This document shows, in pieces, positions 1-10,332 of a stretch of 64,000 nt of DNA (within the stretch, counting starts at the first letter, position 1; each line of letters starts with the position of its first letter). The position numbers were made by a program, and so were the translations under genes. The stretch comes from an uncultured Verrucomicrobiae bacterium (GTDB lineage: Bacteria > Verrucomicrobiota > Verrucomicrobiia > Chthoniobacterales > JAFAMB01): positions 32,001 to 96,000 of the forward strand of contig CAVXLD010000004.1 of the NCBI GenBank assembly GCA_963762565.1, written 5' to 3'. The notes under the pieces were generated by a model that worked only from the letters and a program-made list of their open reading frames with translations, was not told the DNA's origin and did no database searches.

Positions 1-86
1 CATGTTCCCAGGGGTTCACGCAAAACCACTGGTCCCGGCCTCGGTCTTGTGCTTTGGTGGTAATTTACGGGTTTTTACTTTTACCG

Positions 87-2993
87 ATGGCTGCGGAGAA
101 TATTCGCATTGTAGGCGCTCGCCAGCACAACCTTAAAGGAGTTAACGTCGAGTTTCCGCGAGAAAGACTGGTTGTCATAACCGGTATGAGCGGATCAGGC
201 AAGTCCTCGCTCGCTTTCGATACGCTCTACGCAGAAGGACAGCGCCGATACGTGGAGAGTCTCTCCGCGTACGCCCGGCAATTCCTCGATAAGATGGAAA
301 AGCCGGATGTCGACTTCATTGAGGGTTTGTCTCCGGCGATTGCCATCGAGCAGCGCGGATCGGTGGCGAACCCGAGGTCGACTATCGCGACCACCACGGA
401 AATTTATGACTATCTGCGGCTCCTTTTTTCGGCGATTGGCCAACCGCATGATCCGGCTACCGGGGAAAAAATCTTTAAACAGACGCCCCAACAAATCGTT
501 GATCAAATTCTGACTTACCCGGAGGAAACCAGGTTCCTGGTCATCGCGCCTGTGGTCCGCCATGAGGTAGGAGAGTTCCGTGATGTTTTGGAAAAGATCC
601 GCCGAGAAGGTTTTGTTCGAGTCCGAATCGACGGAGAGATCTTTGAGCTAGCCCGGCCTGAACCGATTCGCCTCGCGAAAGATAGCCGCCATACGATCGA
701 GATCGTCGTTGACAGGTTGGTGTTGCGGGAAGGAGTCCGGACCCGTTTGGCCGACTCAATCGACACTGCTTTAAAATGGGGCGCCAATCGAATCGTTATC
801 AGCCGGCAACTGCCAAATACGGAAGACTGGGAGGAACTAGCCTACTCGACCGAATTTTGTAATCCGAAGACTGAGTTCATTTTACAGGAACTCACGCCTA
901 AGCATTTCTCGTTCAACAGCTTAGCTGGAGCCTGCCCGAATTGCCAAGGACTCGGTTCGGTCAGCTATTTCGATCCCGAACTTGTGATTCCCGATCAGGC
1001 TCGACCCTTGGGGGATGGTGCCATTGCGCCCTGGCGTAAAGCTAGCAAACGCATCCATGCCTACCACCAAGCCCTGCTCGGCTCTTTGGTGGAGGCTTAC
1101 AAGGGCAATCTAGAATCGCCGTTCGCTGATTTGTCCGCTAATTGCCGGGAGGCCGTATTATATGGCACCGGTGAGCTGGCGCTGCGATTTAAGTTCGGAA
1201 GCCGAGATGTCGAAAAACCCTTCGAAGGTGTTCTGGCTCAGCTGGAGCAATTGAAAAGAAACACCGAAAGCGAATTTACTCGTGCCCGCTTAAAGAGCTT
1301 CCAAGGCAGACAGCCGTGCGAAGTTTGTAAGGGAGCACGGCTACGCCCGGAAATTCTGGCGGTCACAATCGAAAACTCCAAGGGTTTCGAGGTAAACATT
1401 CATCAATTTTGCCAGTTAACGATTGAAAACGCGCTAGGCTTCCTGGCCGAGATTGCCCTTTCTAAGCATCAGAAACATGTAGCGGCCGAGGTGCTCAGGG
1501 AGATCACGGCCCGGCTACGTTTTCTAGCTGAGGTAGGCCTTGGATATCTTACTTTGAATCGGGAGAGTGGAACACTTTCCGGCGGTGAAGCCCAGCGTAT
1601 CCGGCTGGGCACCCAAATCGGGTCGGGACTAGCCGGCGTCCTCTATGTCTTGGATGAGCCTAGCATCGGTTTACATCAACGCGACAACGATCGCCTGATC
1701 CAGACCCTGAAGCGGCTTCGGGATATGGGAAATACCGTAGTCGTGGTCGAGCACGACGAAGACACCATTCGCGCCGCTGACTATGTGATCGATCTTGGAC
1801 CGGGCGCCGGGCCACGCGGAGGTCAGATCGTAGCAGCCGGCTCTGTTGCCGATATCGAAGCCAGCGAAGAATCTCTAACCGGCCAATACCTCAAAGGAGC
1901 GCTCCAAATACCGGTGCCGCGATCTCGGGTGCGGCCGCGCGGAACATTGTACAATCGCGGCCGCTTGCCGGACCCGGGCGCCGAAGGTTGGCTGACGGTG
2001 ACGGGCGCTCGGGAAAACAACCTGCGGAACCTCACCATCTCTTTTCCCTTAGGCTGCTTGGTGTGTGTAACCGGCGTTTCCGGCAGCGGCAAATCAACCT
2101 TGGTCGATGACATTCTCCGGCGGGCACTATTCCGGCACTTTTATCAGTCTAAAGATAAACCTGGCGCACACGACCGCCTACTCGGGTTAGACCAAGTCGA
2201 CAAAGCCATTGTCATCGACCAAAGTCCGATTGGTCGTACGCCACGCTCGAACGCCGCGACCTACTCAGGAGCGTTTGGTCCTATCCGCGAGCTGTTCAGT
2301 CAATTGCCTACCGCCCGGATACGCGGTTACGACAGCGGACGGTTTAGCTTTAACCTGAAGGGCGGTCGCTGCGAGAATTGTCAGGGCGACGGGTTAATCA
2401 AAATCGAGATGCATTTTCTCGCGGATGTCTACGTCGAGTGCGAGATCTGTCGCGGGGCCCGCTATAACCGCGAGACCCTGGAAATCACGTATCGTGGAAA
2501 AAATATCGCCGATATCCTGGCGATGTCGGTTGATGAAGCCGCCAGGTTCTTCCGCAACGTGCCCGCGATTTACGACCGTTTGGAACCGCTTGTGGATGTT
2601 GGCCTTGGATACCTGACGCTGGGTCAGTCTGGCACCCAACTTTCCGGAGGCGAAGCGCAACGGGTAAAATTGGCTGCCGAACTCGCCAAAAAAGCGACCG
2701 GACGCACAATGTACATCCTGGATGAACCGACGACCGGTCTCCACTTCGCGGATATCCGCCAATTGCTCGACGTGCTGATAAAGCTTCGGAACCAAGGAAA
2801 TACTTTGATCGTGATTGAGCATAACCTCGAAGTGATTAAAACCGCGGATTGGGTTATCGATCTGGGACCGGAAGGCGGTGTCGACGGCGGACTGGTGATC
2901 GCTCAAGGTCCGCCGGAATACATTGCTGAGGTAGAAGCCAGCCACACCGGGCGGTATCTACGGAGAATGTTCGAACAATGCACGGGCTCGTAG
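87..2993 (+). CDS. uvrA: Excinuclease ABC subunit A
   Basis: GARQHNLK start, two Walker A motifs ([16 protein letters not shown]), LSGGEAQR signatures twice, CxxC zinc fingers. Start moved to ATG at 87. Confidence 0.97.
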   Translation: MAAENIRIVGARQHNLKGVNVEFPRERLVVITGMSGSGKSSLAFDTLYAEGQRRYVESLSAYARQFLDKMEKPDVDFIEGLSPAIAIEQRGSVANPRSTIATTTEIYDYLRLLFSAIGQPHDPATGEKIFKQTPQQIVDQILTYPEETRFLVIAPVVRHEVGEFRDVLEKIRREGFVRVRIDGEIFELARPEPIRLAKDSRHTIEIVVDRLVLREGVRTRLADSIDTALKWGANRIVISRQLPNTEDWEELAYSTEFCNPKTEFILQELTPKHFSFNSLAGACPNCQGLGSVSYFDPELVIPDQARPLGDGAIAPWRKASKRIHAYHQALLGSLVEAYKGNLESPFADLSANCREAVLYGTGELALRFKFGSRDVEKPFEGVLAQLEQLKRNTESEFTRARLKSFQGRQPCEVCKGARLRPEILAVTIENSKGFEVNIHQFCQLTIENALGFLAEIALSKHQKHVAAEVLREITARLRFLAEVGLGYLTLNRESGTLSGGEAQRIRLGTQIGSGLAGVLYVLDEPSIGLHQRDNDRLIQTLKRLRDMGNTVVVVEHDEDTIRAADYVIDLGPGAGPRGGQIVAAGSVADIEASEESLTGQYLKGALQIPVPRSRVRPRGTLYNRGRLPDPGAEGWLTVTGARENNLRNLTISFPLGCLVCVTGVSGSGKSTLVDDILRRALFRHFYQSKDKPGAHDRLLGLDQVDKAIVIDQSPIGRTPRSNAATYSGAFGPIRELFSQLPTARIRGYDSGRFSFNLKGGRCENCQGDGLIKIEMHFLADVYVECEICRGARYNRETLEITYRGKNIADILAMSVDEAARFFRNVPAIYDRLEPLVDVGLGYLTLGQSGTQLSGGEAQRVKLAAELAKKATGRTMYILDEPTTGLHFADIRQLLDVLIKLRNQGNTLIVIEHNLEVIKTADWVIDLGPEGGVDGGLVIAQGPPEYIAEVEASHTGRYLRRMFEQCTGS

Positions 2994-5608
2994 AGGAGCG
3001 AACGGAAAATTCGGGAGGGCGCGCGTCCCCGCGCGCCGCGAGGGCGCGTCTCAATGCAAAGGTGTATTTTCGTCGGCAATTATGCAACGCCCTCGGCTTC
3101 GGTAACAACGGATCGCGAGGACGCGATCCCTCCCGAGCAATGGGCCCGCGTTCACGACGAGGTACAACACTCGCCGCCATCTTCTGTTGCCTCACTCTTC
3201 TCCCGATCATTGCTTGCGCGGACCTATACGACGAAGCGGTTCAGGCCGACCAGGAAGGAATTCCCGAGGTCAGTATTGTAAAGCTTCGCAGCTATCTAGC
3301 TGCGCCCGGCGCCCAGCACGTCGCTGAAGCAAAGCTTTTGTTGGCCAAATGTTACCTATCCACTAGACAGCCAGCTAAAGCCCTTGAGGTCCTGGATGCG
3401 CCCGCTTTGAATTCAATCGTCGGGCGCAGCTTCCGCGCTGAGGCATTGCTACGTTCCGGTCGCTGGAAAGAGGCCGAAATGATGTGGACAGAGATTTTGC
3501 GGGATCCGAGTGTTGCGGGTAACGCCGTCGACGCCCGGCTCGGCCTCGCAGAGGCACAGCAACAGTTAGGCGCTACTCGCGAAGCTTTGCAGACGTTATC
3601 GCCGCTCGTCAACGATCAAGCTCTGGCCGATGCCAGGCCATTTTTGCTGGCGGCAGAATTGGAATTGCAACTCTCTGATTTTAAGACAGCCCAAGATCTA
3701 CTGGCCAAGGTCAACCAACCCGACCCGTTGCAAGCGGCCAGAAAAGAGGCGTTATCCGGCCGTCTTTCGCTGGTAACAAGCGATCTGGACGCGGCCCAGA
3801 AAAGCTTTAATCAGGTGTTAGCGTCTGAACCAGGACAAGATTCGCGCGTTGCCACTATCGCTCACCTCGGATTAGCGAACGTTTACATCGCCCGAAAAGA
3901 GTATGAGGAAGCCGAATCGATTGTCGAAAAGATCATCGGCGAGCAGCCTCAGACTGAGAATCTGCCAGACCTTTTTCAGGCCTTATATTCTATCTATCTG
4001 CTCGAGCAAACTCCTTCGCTGGATGATCTCACCCGCTGGTCACAGGAAGATCCTAAACAGGTCGGCTCGGACAGGCCCGTATTGGCCCAATTCTACCTTG
4101 GCAAGCTTGAACTTACGATCGGTTCGCACACTAACGGGCTAAATTTACTGAGGCAGTTCATTGCGGACCACGCCAGCCATCCACTGGCCGGGGCGGCGGC
4201 TATCGCGCTGGCTCAACAATTGGATGCAGATGGAAATTTCGGGGAAGCGGTTGGGATCGCGAACCAATGGCTAGCCGCGAATCCCCGTGCCAATCCCGCA
4301 GAACAAGCCGGCGTGCAGGGAGTTTTAGCGGACGCTTTGGTGCAGGGAAAGAATTTCACTTCCGCATTCGATCTGTACACACGACTCAGTCAAGAACCTG
4401 GCCCCGACCAGAGCCGCTTTTTGTATAATGCCGCCACCTGCGCGCTCCGACTTGGTAACGAGGCTCTCTACCGCCAATCGTTCGAAGCCTTGGCTAGCTT
4501 ACCCAACACTGAATCCGAGCGCGCAGCTCTAGAGTTCGAAAAAGCGATGATAGAAGCTAAAACCGGGAGCGCATTAGCAGAAAAAAACTTGCGCCAATTT
4601 CTGGTCGATTTTCCGGAGGATCCTTATAAGCCTCAAGTTCATCTCGCCTTGGCTGAAATCGCTTTCACCCAGTCTCCTTCGGATCGCAGCCGGCTAAAAT
4701 CCGAACTGACCCAAGTGTCAACTGACGATAGCGTCACCCAAGAAGAGAAGGCGCGACTCGAATTTTTTGCTGCCGCCGAAGACCAGCATCAGCCGATTAC
4801 CGCGGTGTCTCGCCTCGCTCAGGATTTTCTGCAAAAATATCCTCACTCGCGTTTCAGACCGGAGATCCGGATCAAACTCGGAGAGGTTTATTTCCGCCAA
4901 GACGATTATCCAAATGCCCAGACCCAGTTCGAACTAGTCGCTGAAGAGGACCCTGACTCACCGCTTTTGGAAACCGCTCTATTTCTGGCAGGTGAAGCCG
5001 CTCGAAAGAGCATGAATTCTTCGTCGATGGACCATGCAGTCCAGCTGTTTGAGGAGGTTTACAAACTTAACGGTCCACTGCGTTACCGGGCACGCCTCGA
5101 ACAGGCATTGACCAAGAGACAGGCTCTGCAGGATCGGGAAGCGATTATCCTGCTAAACGATCTACTGAATCAGACCATTCCCGTGGACATCCGTTGCGAA
5201 GCAATGGACGCCAAAGGAGATGCTCAGTTCACCTTGGGACCAAAGGATGAAGCCGAGTACCGCGAAGCCATCAAGACCTTCGATTCGTTGGCCGGGCTGG
5301 AGGGAGTCTCGGCGGTTTGCCGGCAGAGCGCCCTATACAAAAAGGCAAAATGCTACGAGAAAATCGGGCAATGGGATGATGCCTTAGCCGCTTACTATGA
5401 CGTCCTGAGCATTGACTACGGAGCACCCGGCGAAATCTGGTATTTCCGAGCGGGATTCGATGCCGCCCAGATTCTGGAGTCCAAAAAATCTTGGGCATCG
5501 GCCGCTGCTATCTATCAAAAGCTGGCCGCAATTCCGAGTAGTCGAGCCGAAGAAGCCAAGAATCGCCTGACGCGTTTGCGGCTGGAACACTTTCTTTGGC
5601 CCGAATAA
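2978..5608 (+). CDS. Exported TPR-repeat protein; start either 2978 (reading through repeat B1) or 3140
   Basis: Many helical TPR-like repeats; hydrophobic signal peptide LAAIFCCLTLLPIIACA after M at 3140. Confidence 0.8.
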   Translation: MHGLVEERTENSGGRASPRAARARLNAKVYFRRQLCNALGFGNNGSRGRDPSRAMGPRSRRGTTLAAIFCCLTLLPIIACADLYDEAVQADQEGIPEVSIVKLRSYLAAPGAQHVAEAKLLLAKCYLSTRQPAKALEVLDAPALNSIVGRSFRAEALLRSGRWKEAEMMWTEILRDPSVAGNAVDARLGLAEAQQQLGATREALQTLSPLVNDQALADARPFLLAAELELQLSDFKTAQDLLAKVNQPDPLQAARKEALSGRLSLVTSDLDAAQKSFNQVLASEPGQDSRVATIAHLGLANVYIARKEYEEAESIVEKIIGEQPQTENLPDLFQALYSIYLLEQTPSLDDLTRWSQEDPKQVGSDRPVLAQFYLGKLELTIGSHTNGLNLLRQFIADHASHPLAGAAAIALAQQLDADGNFGEAVGIANQWLAANPRANPAEQAGVQGVLADALVQGKNFTSAFDLYTRLSQEPGPDQSRFLYNAATCALRLGNEALYRQSFEALASLPNTESERAALEFEKAMIEAKTGSALAEKNLRQFLVDFPEDPYKPQVHLALAEIAFTQSPSDRSRLKSELTQVSTDDSVTQEEKARLEFFAAAEDQHQPITAVSRLAQDFLQKYPHSRFRPEIRIKLGEVYFRQDDYPNAQTQFELVAEEDPDSPLLETALFLAGEAARKSMNSSSMDHAVQLFEEVYKLNGPLRYRARLEQALTKRQALQDREAIILLNDLLNQTIPVDIRCEAMDAKGDAQFTLGPKDEAEYREAIKTFDSLAGLEGVSAVCRQSALYKKAKCYEKIGQWDDALAAYYDVLSIDYGAPGEIWYFRAGFDAAQILESKKSWASAAAIYQKLAAIPSSRAEEAKNRLTRLRLEHFLWPE
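3013..3134 (+). repeat. Family B REPIN-like element (GGAG-type hairpin doublet), copy B1
   Basis: GGGAGGGCGCGCGTCCCCGCGCGCCG ... CGGATCGCGAGGACGCGATCCCTCCC, about 122 bp, recurring at 13405, 30067, 31078, 40221, 51533, 55102. Confidence 0.9.
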
Positions 5609-5624
5609 TGCAGGGAGTGAAAGA

Positions 5625-5900
5625 TGATTGGTGATTAGTGAATGGCAATTGGTGGGGCTGATGGCTGGTAGGGCGAGGCTCCCGAAAGAGCGGGGGATTA
5701 ACCAAGGCTCAGCTGCTTAACCTTACCAATCAACAAGCGAGGCCTTTAAAACGCGCCGAGCCATGGTCTATCATGGGCCACGGCTCGGCGCGTCCCTCGG
5801 CCTCGCCCAACGATCGGTCCAGTACAGGCAATTTTCCCTTGATTAACTGCTGGGTCTTTCGGGGAGCCTCGCCCTCCCAATCACCAATCACCAATCACCT
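5625..5900. repeat. Family A long-loop REP doublet (GTAG-type) with GTGATTG heptamer flanks, copy A1
   Basis: GGTAGGGCGAGGCTCCCGAA at 5667 ... GCGCCGAGCC / GGCTCGGCGC ... GGAGCCTCGCCCTCCC at 5878; flanked by (GTGATTG)n and (CAATCAC)n. Confidence 0.9.
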
Positions 5901-5907
5901 TTCACGA

Positions 5908-6954
5908 ATGCCGCCCATTACCTCAGCGCCGTCGAAAACCCAGAGCTCGCCTGGCCACTGGCGCGCCACCGTCTGGACCTGGGTTCGCCGTAACGGTTTT
6001 GTCCTTGGGCTATTCACTGCGGTCATCATCGCTTTTTTGTTCCCGCAACCAGGCTCGAGAAAAGGGTGGTTACATCCCGAATTAATCAGCGATTTCGGCA
6101 TCGCGTTGATTCTGTTTCTGCAGGGCCTCTCAATGCCTCTGGAGAAAGTTAAACGCGGCGCAGGAAATTGGCGGCTGCATGTGACTATTCAGGTCTTTAC
6201 ATTCGTCATTTTTCCAATTGTCGGTCTCGCTTTTCAGCTGGTAGAGCCGCACATCTGGATCAACGAACCGCGCGGAATCCAAGAAGGTTTCCTGTATTTG
6301 TGTGTCTTACCTTCAACGGTATCAACGTCTGTTGTGTTAACCTCGGTCGCACGAGGAAATACTGCCGCTGCGATTCTTAGCGCTGCGTTTTCGAACATCG
6401 TCGGTGTCGTGCTGACGCCCTTGTTGGTTAGCTTCTTAATGCAGGCCACCGGCCAATCGGGCCCGATCGGCCCGCTTCTGTTTCAGATAACCTGTTTGAC
6501 GCTTCTTCCGTTCGCCGTGGGAGTTGGCCTTCGACGTTTTATCCAGGCTTGGATCGACGCCAACAAAGCATGGGTTAATCTGATCTGTAATTCCGTAATT
6601 CTATTTATTGTTTATACTGCGTTCTGCGACTCCGTGAGCGAACGAATCTGGGATAAATACGGCCTCGTTCTTACCGTGGGAGTACTTCTATCTGTCGTCC
6701 TCCTCTTCGCAATCATGTCGCTGTTGATTTATCTGACTTCCTTAGCCGCGAAGTTCAACCGGGAAGACGGGATCGCCGTTTACTTTTGTTCGGTGAAGAA
6801 AACGCTCGCCATGGGAGTGCCATTGGCAATGCTGATTTTCGGGTCTCGCGCTGACCTCAGCCTAATTCTTTTGCCGATCATGTTTTACCACCCACTGCAG
6901 TTGTTTGTGAACGGCCTGCTAGCGAACAGGTGGGCGCGTGAAGCGAAAACGTGA
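5908..6954 (+). CDS. Bile acid:sodium symporter family (SBF-like/YfeH) transporter
   Basis: Multi-TM protein with LCVLPSTVS and SVKKTLAMGVP motifs. Start trimmed to ATG 5908 because the upstream frame is repeat A1. Confidence 0.88.
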   Translation: MPPITSAPSKTQSSPGHWRATVWTWVRRNGFVLGLFTAVIIAFLFPQPGSRKGWLHPELISDFGIALILFLQGLSMPLEKVKRGAGNWRLHVTIQVFTFVIFPIVGLAFQLVEPHIWINEPRGIQEGFLYLCVLPSTVSTSVVLTSVARGNTAAAILSAAFSNIVGVVLTPLLVSFLMQATGQSGPIGPLLFQITCLTLLPFAVGVGLRRFIQAWIDANKAWVNLICNSVILFIVYTAFCDSVSERIWDKYGLVLTVGVLLSVVLLFAIMSLLIYLTSLAAKFNREDGIAVYFCSVKKTLAMGVPLAMLIFGSRADLSLILLPIMFYHPLQLFVNGLLANRWAREAKT

Positions 6955-7226
6955 TTGGTGATTAGTGATTGGTGGTTGGTGGGGCTGATGGCTGGTAGGG
7001 AGAGGCTCCCGAAAGAGCGAGGGATTGACCAAGGCTCAGCTAAGTAAACCTCACCAATCAACAAGCGAGGTCTATTAAGCGCGCCGAGCCGTGGTCTATC
7101 GTGGGTCACGGCTCGGCGCGACTCTCGGCCCCGCTCAACGACTGGTCCAGTGCAGGCAGTGTTCCCTTGATTAAGCGCTGGGTCTTTCGGGGAGCCTCGC
7201 CCTACCAATCACCAATCACCAATCAC
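6951..7226. repeat. Family A long-loop REP doublet, copy A2 (close direct copy of A1)
   Basis: Core 6994-7206 aligns by eye along its whole length with 5667-5878, with the same heptamer flanks. Confidence 0.9.
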
Positions 7227-7789
7227 GTCTCCCCGCCCCTCACTTCACCTGCAATCCCGCCGCATGCCTGCAACATCTCAGGCATCTCCCGGGGCGAGAC
7301 CACGACCGCGCCGGCTTTGGTTTGAAGATAGATCGCTTTTTGGAGCGTGGTGCAGGCGACGTGGAATTGTTCCTGGCGTCGTCGAGATCGACCGCCCGGA
7401 GTTTCCGGTGGTCGGGTGACGATCGCCCGGTATCGACCGTGAAAACCGAAGGGTCCATACGCACCAATCGCTTGAAAAGCAAAGGCCCGGCGAAGTGGTT
7501 GACGCTTCATTGCAATCTCGTCGACACCCAATATTTCGTAACTTTTATTGACTCCCAAACGACGCACGATCACTAAGGTGCTTCCGTCCACCCTATATTC
7601 GCGCGTTGAGGTCGCCCAGCTGATAAAGATCAACACCGCGCAAACTATCGCTAGCGCATAAAGGAGGACCGCTAATGGAGAAACATGCCCAAATCCGATC
7701 CAAAGGAATACGATCGGTGGGACAAAAATCGCCACCGTTATAACATTCGCCCAAAAGCTGAGCGGAGCCGGCCGAAAACGCATCCCCAA
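7223..7789 (-). CDS. Membrane protein with probable bacterial PH domain
   Basis: Two N-terminal TM helices, then YRVDGSTLVIVR, GPFGFHG and VVVSP typical of membrane-flanked bPH proteins. Confidence 0.6.
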   Translation of the reverse strand: MGMRFRPAPLSFWANVITVAIFVPPIVFLWIGFGHVSPLAVLLYALAIVCAVLIFISWATSTREYRVDGSTLVIVRRLGVNKSYEILGVDEIAMKRQPLRRAFAFQAIGAYGPFGFHGRYRAIVTRPPETPGGRSRRRQEQFHVACTTLQKAIYLQTKAGAVVVSPREMPEMLQACGGIAGEVRGGET

Positions 7790-7863
7790 TGCCTTAGCAG
7801 TAACGCACCTTACTGCAACTCACTTGTGAGGGGATTCGTGGCCCGTCGCACGGGGTGAGCCAA

Positions 7864-8067
7864 GTAATCAGTAAGACAGTAATCAGTGGTTAAGACGAAG
7901 CCGCGATAGGAGTAAGGCCAAGCCGTAACCAAGCTTTGTTGTTGAGGCGAGCCGCAAGTGCCGCTTAAGATTGATGCAGGATCCCTCAGCGTCTCAAAAA
8001 AATGGCTGGAGCGAGTGCCATCGAATGGATGCATGCCTTTCCACTGATTACTGATTGCTGATTACTG
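7864..8067. repeat. Inverted pair of GTAATCA heptamer arrays
   Basis: GTAATCAGTAAGACAGTAATCAGTGG at 7864 and CCACTGATTACTGATTGCTGATTACTG at 8041; same unit at about 26457 and 60757. Confidence 0.75.
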
Positions 8068-8108
8068 CTTGCTGGCGCGCCTCTCACCTTCACCTCTCAA
8101 CCTCTCCA

Positions 8109-10040
8109 ATGAAATTACTCGACTTCATCCTCGGCCGTCCGCTGGCAACCAGTGAAGACCAGCAAGAACGAGTTGGTTCAATCTCAGGTGTCTCGGTATT
8201 CGGTCTGGATGCGCTAAGCTCCGCGGCTTACGGACCGGAAGCGGCGCTCACTGTCTTGATCCCTCTGGGTGCGGTAGGGCTCGGTTTCGGGCTCCCCATT
8301 ACGATCGCGGTCTCCGCTATTCTGGCCATCGTTTATTTCAGTTATCGCCAGACAATCGCCGCTTACCCGGGCGGCGCAGGCTCCTACACAGTAGCCAAGG
8401 AGAATCTCGGTGATCGAGCCGGTTTGCTAGGCGCGGCCGCGTTAATGATTGATTACACACTAAATGTAGCAGTCGGTATTTCAGCCGGAATTGGCGCTCT
8501 GGTTTCCGCGTTCCCGGCGCTGCAGCCTTACACGGTCTGGCTGTGCTTAGGGGTGCTGGCGTTGCTCTCTTTCATGAATCTTCGCGGACTACGCGAATCC
8601 GGTCTCGCGTTCCTGCCGCCGACCTATCTTTTCGTTTTTACCCTGGGGATCGTGATCATCCTGGGAGTATTCCAGTCGCTGATTACCGGGCAACACCCGC
8701 AAGCAGTTATACCGCCGCCATCCGCCCCACAGGTAACAACAACAATTTCGCTCTGGCTTTTCCTCAAAGCGTTCGCTGCCGGCTGCACCGCTATGACCGG
8801 CGTGGAAGCCGTAAGCAATGGAGTACAAGCGTTCCGAGAACCGGTCGTAGGATCGGCTCGCAAGACGCTAACCCTTATCGTTGCCATCTTAATCCTGCTG
8901 CTGATCGGCGTGGCTTACCTCGTACAGGTATATCACATCAATGCCACCGACCCAGGATCGAGCCAGTATCAGAGTATCTTGTCCATGATGACTCAGGCCG
9001 TGGTCGGCCGCGGAGTCTTTTACTATATAACCATGGCTGCCGTGCTGTTAGTGCTCTGTCTTTCGGCGAACACTTCTTTTGCTGATTTCCCCCGGGTCTG
9101 CCGGACGATCGCTCAAGACGGCTATCTTCCTTATTCGTTCACCGTACGTGGCCGGCGCTTGGTCTTTACCGAAGGGATCATCTTACTGACGATATTGTCC
9201 GGTATCTTATTGTTTGTTTTCAACGGAGTAACCGACCGGCTGATCCCGCTGTTCGCAGTTGGGGCGTTCCTGGCGTTCACTTTGTCGCAAGCCGGCATGG
9301 TGATGCATTGGCTGAGAAAGAAGCAGCCAGGGGTAACCGGCAGCGTGATCCTTAATGCCATTGGAGCAGTCGCGACCGGTGTCACGTTTTTCATCGTCAT
9401 CGTTACGAAATTCGCTGAAGGCGCTTGGTTAGTGCTCCTGGTGCTGCCGGGTTTATACCTCTTCATGTTACTGATTCACCGCCATTACACGAAAGTTGGC
9501 GAAGAGCTCACGCTCACCCATGCGATCAAACTGAAACGGCCGCGCCCAATGATGGCGGTAATCCCGATCATGACCCTCAATTCGCTGGCCGAAAAAGCAC
9601 TGCAAATCGCGTACAGTCTCTCAGAAGAGGTAAGCGTCATTCATATTCAGCGGGAAAACAGCCAGCAAGATTTCTGCGAGGAATGGGAAAAACAGATTCA
9701 ACCCGCTATCAGCCAGGTTAACTTGCCGTTGCCACATCTGGAAGTAATCGAATCACCTTATCGACATGTGGTCGCTCCGACGCTGGATTACATCTGGCGC
9801 TTAGAGAAAGATAACCCGGACCGCACGATCGCTGTCCTGATCCCACAGTTAATCGAATCGCATTGGTACTACAGCTTTTTGCATAATCAGCGGGCAAGGA
9901 TCCTTCGGTCCGTCCTTCTGCTTAAAAGCATGAATCGTATCGTGATTGTGAACGTGCCTTGGCACATCCAAAAGCGAGATCCGGTCCGGCAAGCGACCAA
10001 AGCGCTTTGGGAAAAGTCGCCTTGTTGGCTGGACAATTGA
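8109..10040 (+). CDS. APC-family permease, KimA/YdaO-like (possible K+ transporter)
   Basis: DALSSAAYGPE, YPGGAGSY, TGVEAVSNG, LIPLFAVG and C-terminal SPYR/LHNQ motifs of the YdaO/KimA group. Confidence 0.85.
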   Translation: MKLLDFILGRPLATSEDQQERVGSISGVSVFGLDALSSAAYGPEAALTVLIPLGAVGLGFGLPITIAVSAILAIVYFSYRQTIAAYPGGAGSYTVAKENLGDRAGLLGAAALMIDYTLNVAVGISAGIGALVSAFPALQPYTVWLCLGVLALLSFMNLRGLRESGLAFLPPTYLFVFTLGIVIILGVFQSLITGQHPQAVIPPPSAPQVTTTISLWLFLKAFAAGCTAMTGVEAVSNGVQAFREPVVGSARKTLTLIVAILILLLIGVAYLVQVYHINATDPGSSQYQSILSMMTQAVVGRGVFYYITMAAVLLVLCLSANTSFADFPRVCRTIAQDGYLPYSFTVRGRRLVFTEGIILLTILSGILLFVFNGVTDRLIPLFAVGAFLAFTLSQAGMVMHWLRKKQPGVTGSVILNAIGAVATGVTFFIVIVTKFAEGAWLVLLVLPGLYLFMLLIHRHYTKVGEELTLTHAIKLKRPRPMMAVIPIMTLNSLAEKALQIAYSLSEEVSVIHIQRENSQQDFCEEWEKQIQPAISQVNLPLPHLEVIESPYRHVVAPTLDYIWRLEKDNPDRTIAVLIPQLIESHWYYSFLHNQRARILRSVLLLKSMNRIVIVNVPWHIQKRDPVRQATKALWEKSPCWLDN

Positions 10041-10047
10041 GGTGGCT

Positions 10048-10318
10048 TGGGGCGAGGTCTCCCGAAAGACCGAAACCCATCAAACAGAGCGATTTCATTT
10101 GCCGCCGTTCTTTCGTTTGCGAGGTCGACAGGCGTGCCGAGCCGGTCCCTGGGTGCGCCAAGTCTCCTGATTGCGCCAGGGAACGAACCCGGAAGAGATC
10201 TTTATTGCTGCTGCACCAGGGCCAGCTCGGCACGCCAACAGGCCACGTGAACCAAACAACCGCGGTACACCAATCCCTTCGCGATCGGTTTCACGTCTTT
10301 CGGGAGCCTCGCCCTACC
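10048..10318. repeat. Family A long-loop REP doublet, copy A3
   Basis: TGGGGCGAGGTCTCCCGAA ... GCCGAGCC ... GCTCGGC ... TTCGGGAGCCTCGCCCTACC between convergent genes. Confidence 0.85.
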
Positions 10319-10332
10319 AGTAAATCTACGAT

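Noticed and set aside
5625..7226. CRISPR array suggested by constant arms with fixed-length variable interiors
   Set aside because: Units are dispersed and inverted rather than tandem repeat-spacer arrays, and there are no cas genes in the window.
7800..8108. c-di-AMP (ydaO) riboswitch upstream of the KimA/YdaO-like gene
   Set aside because: I could not find the conserved motif blocks by eye, and the region is bounded by heptamer arrays. An Infernal search would settle it.
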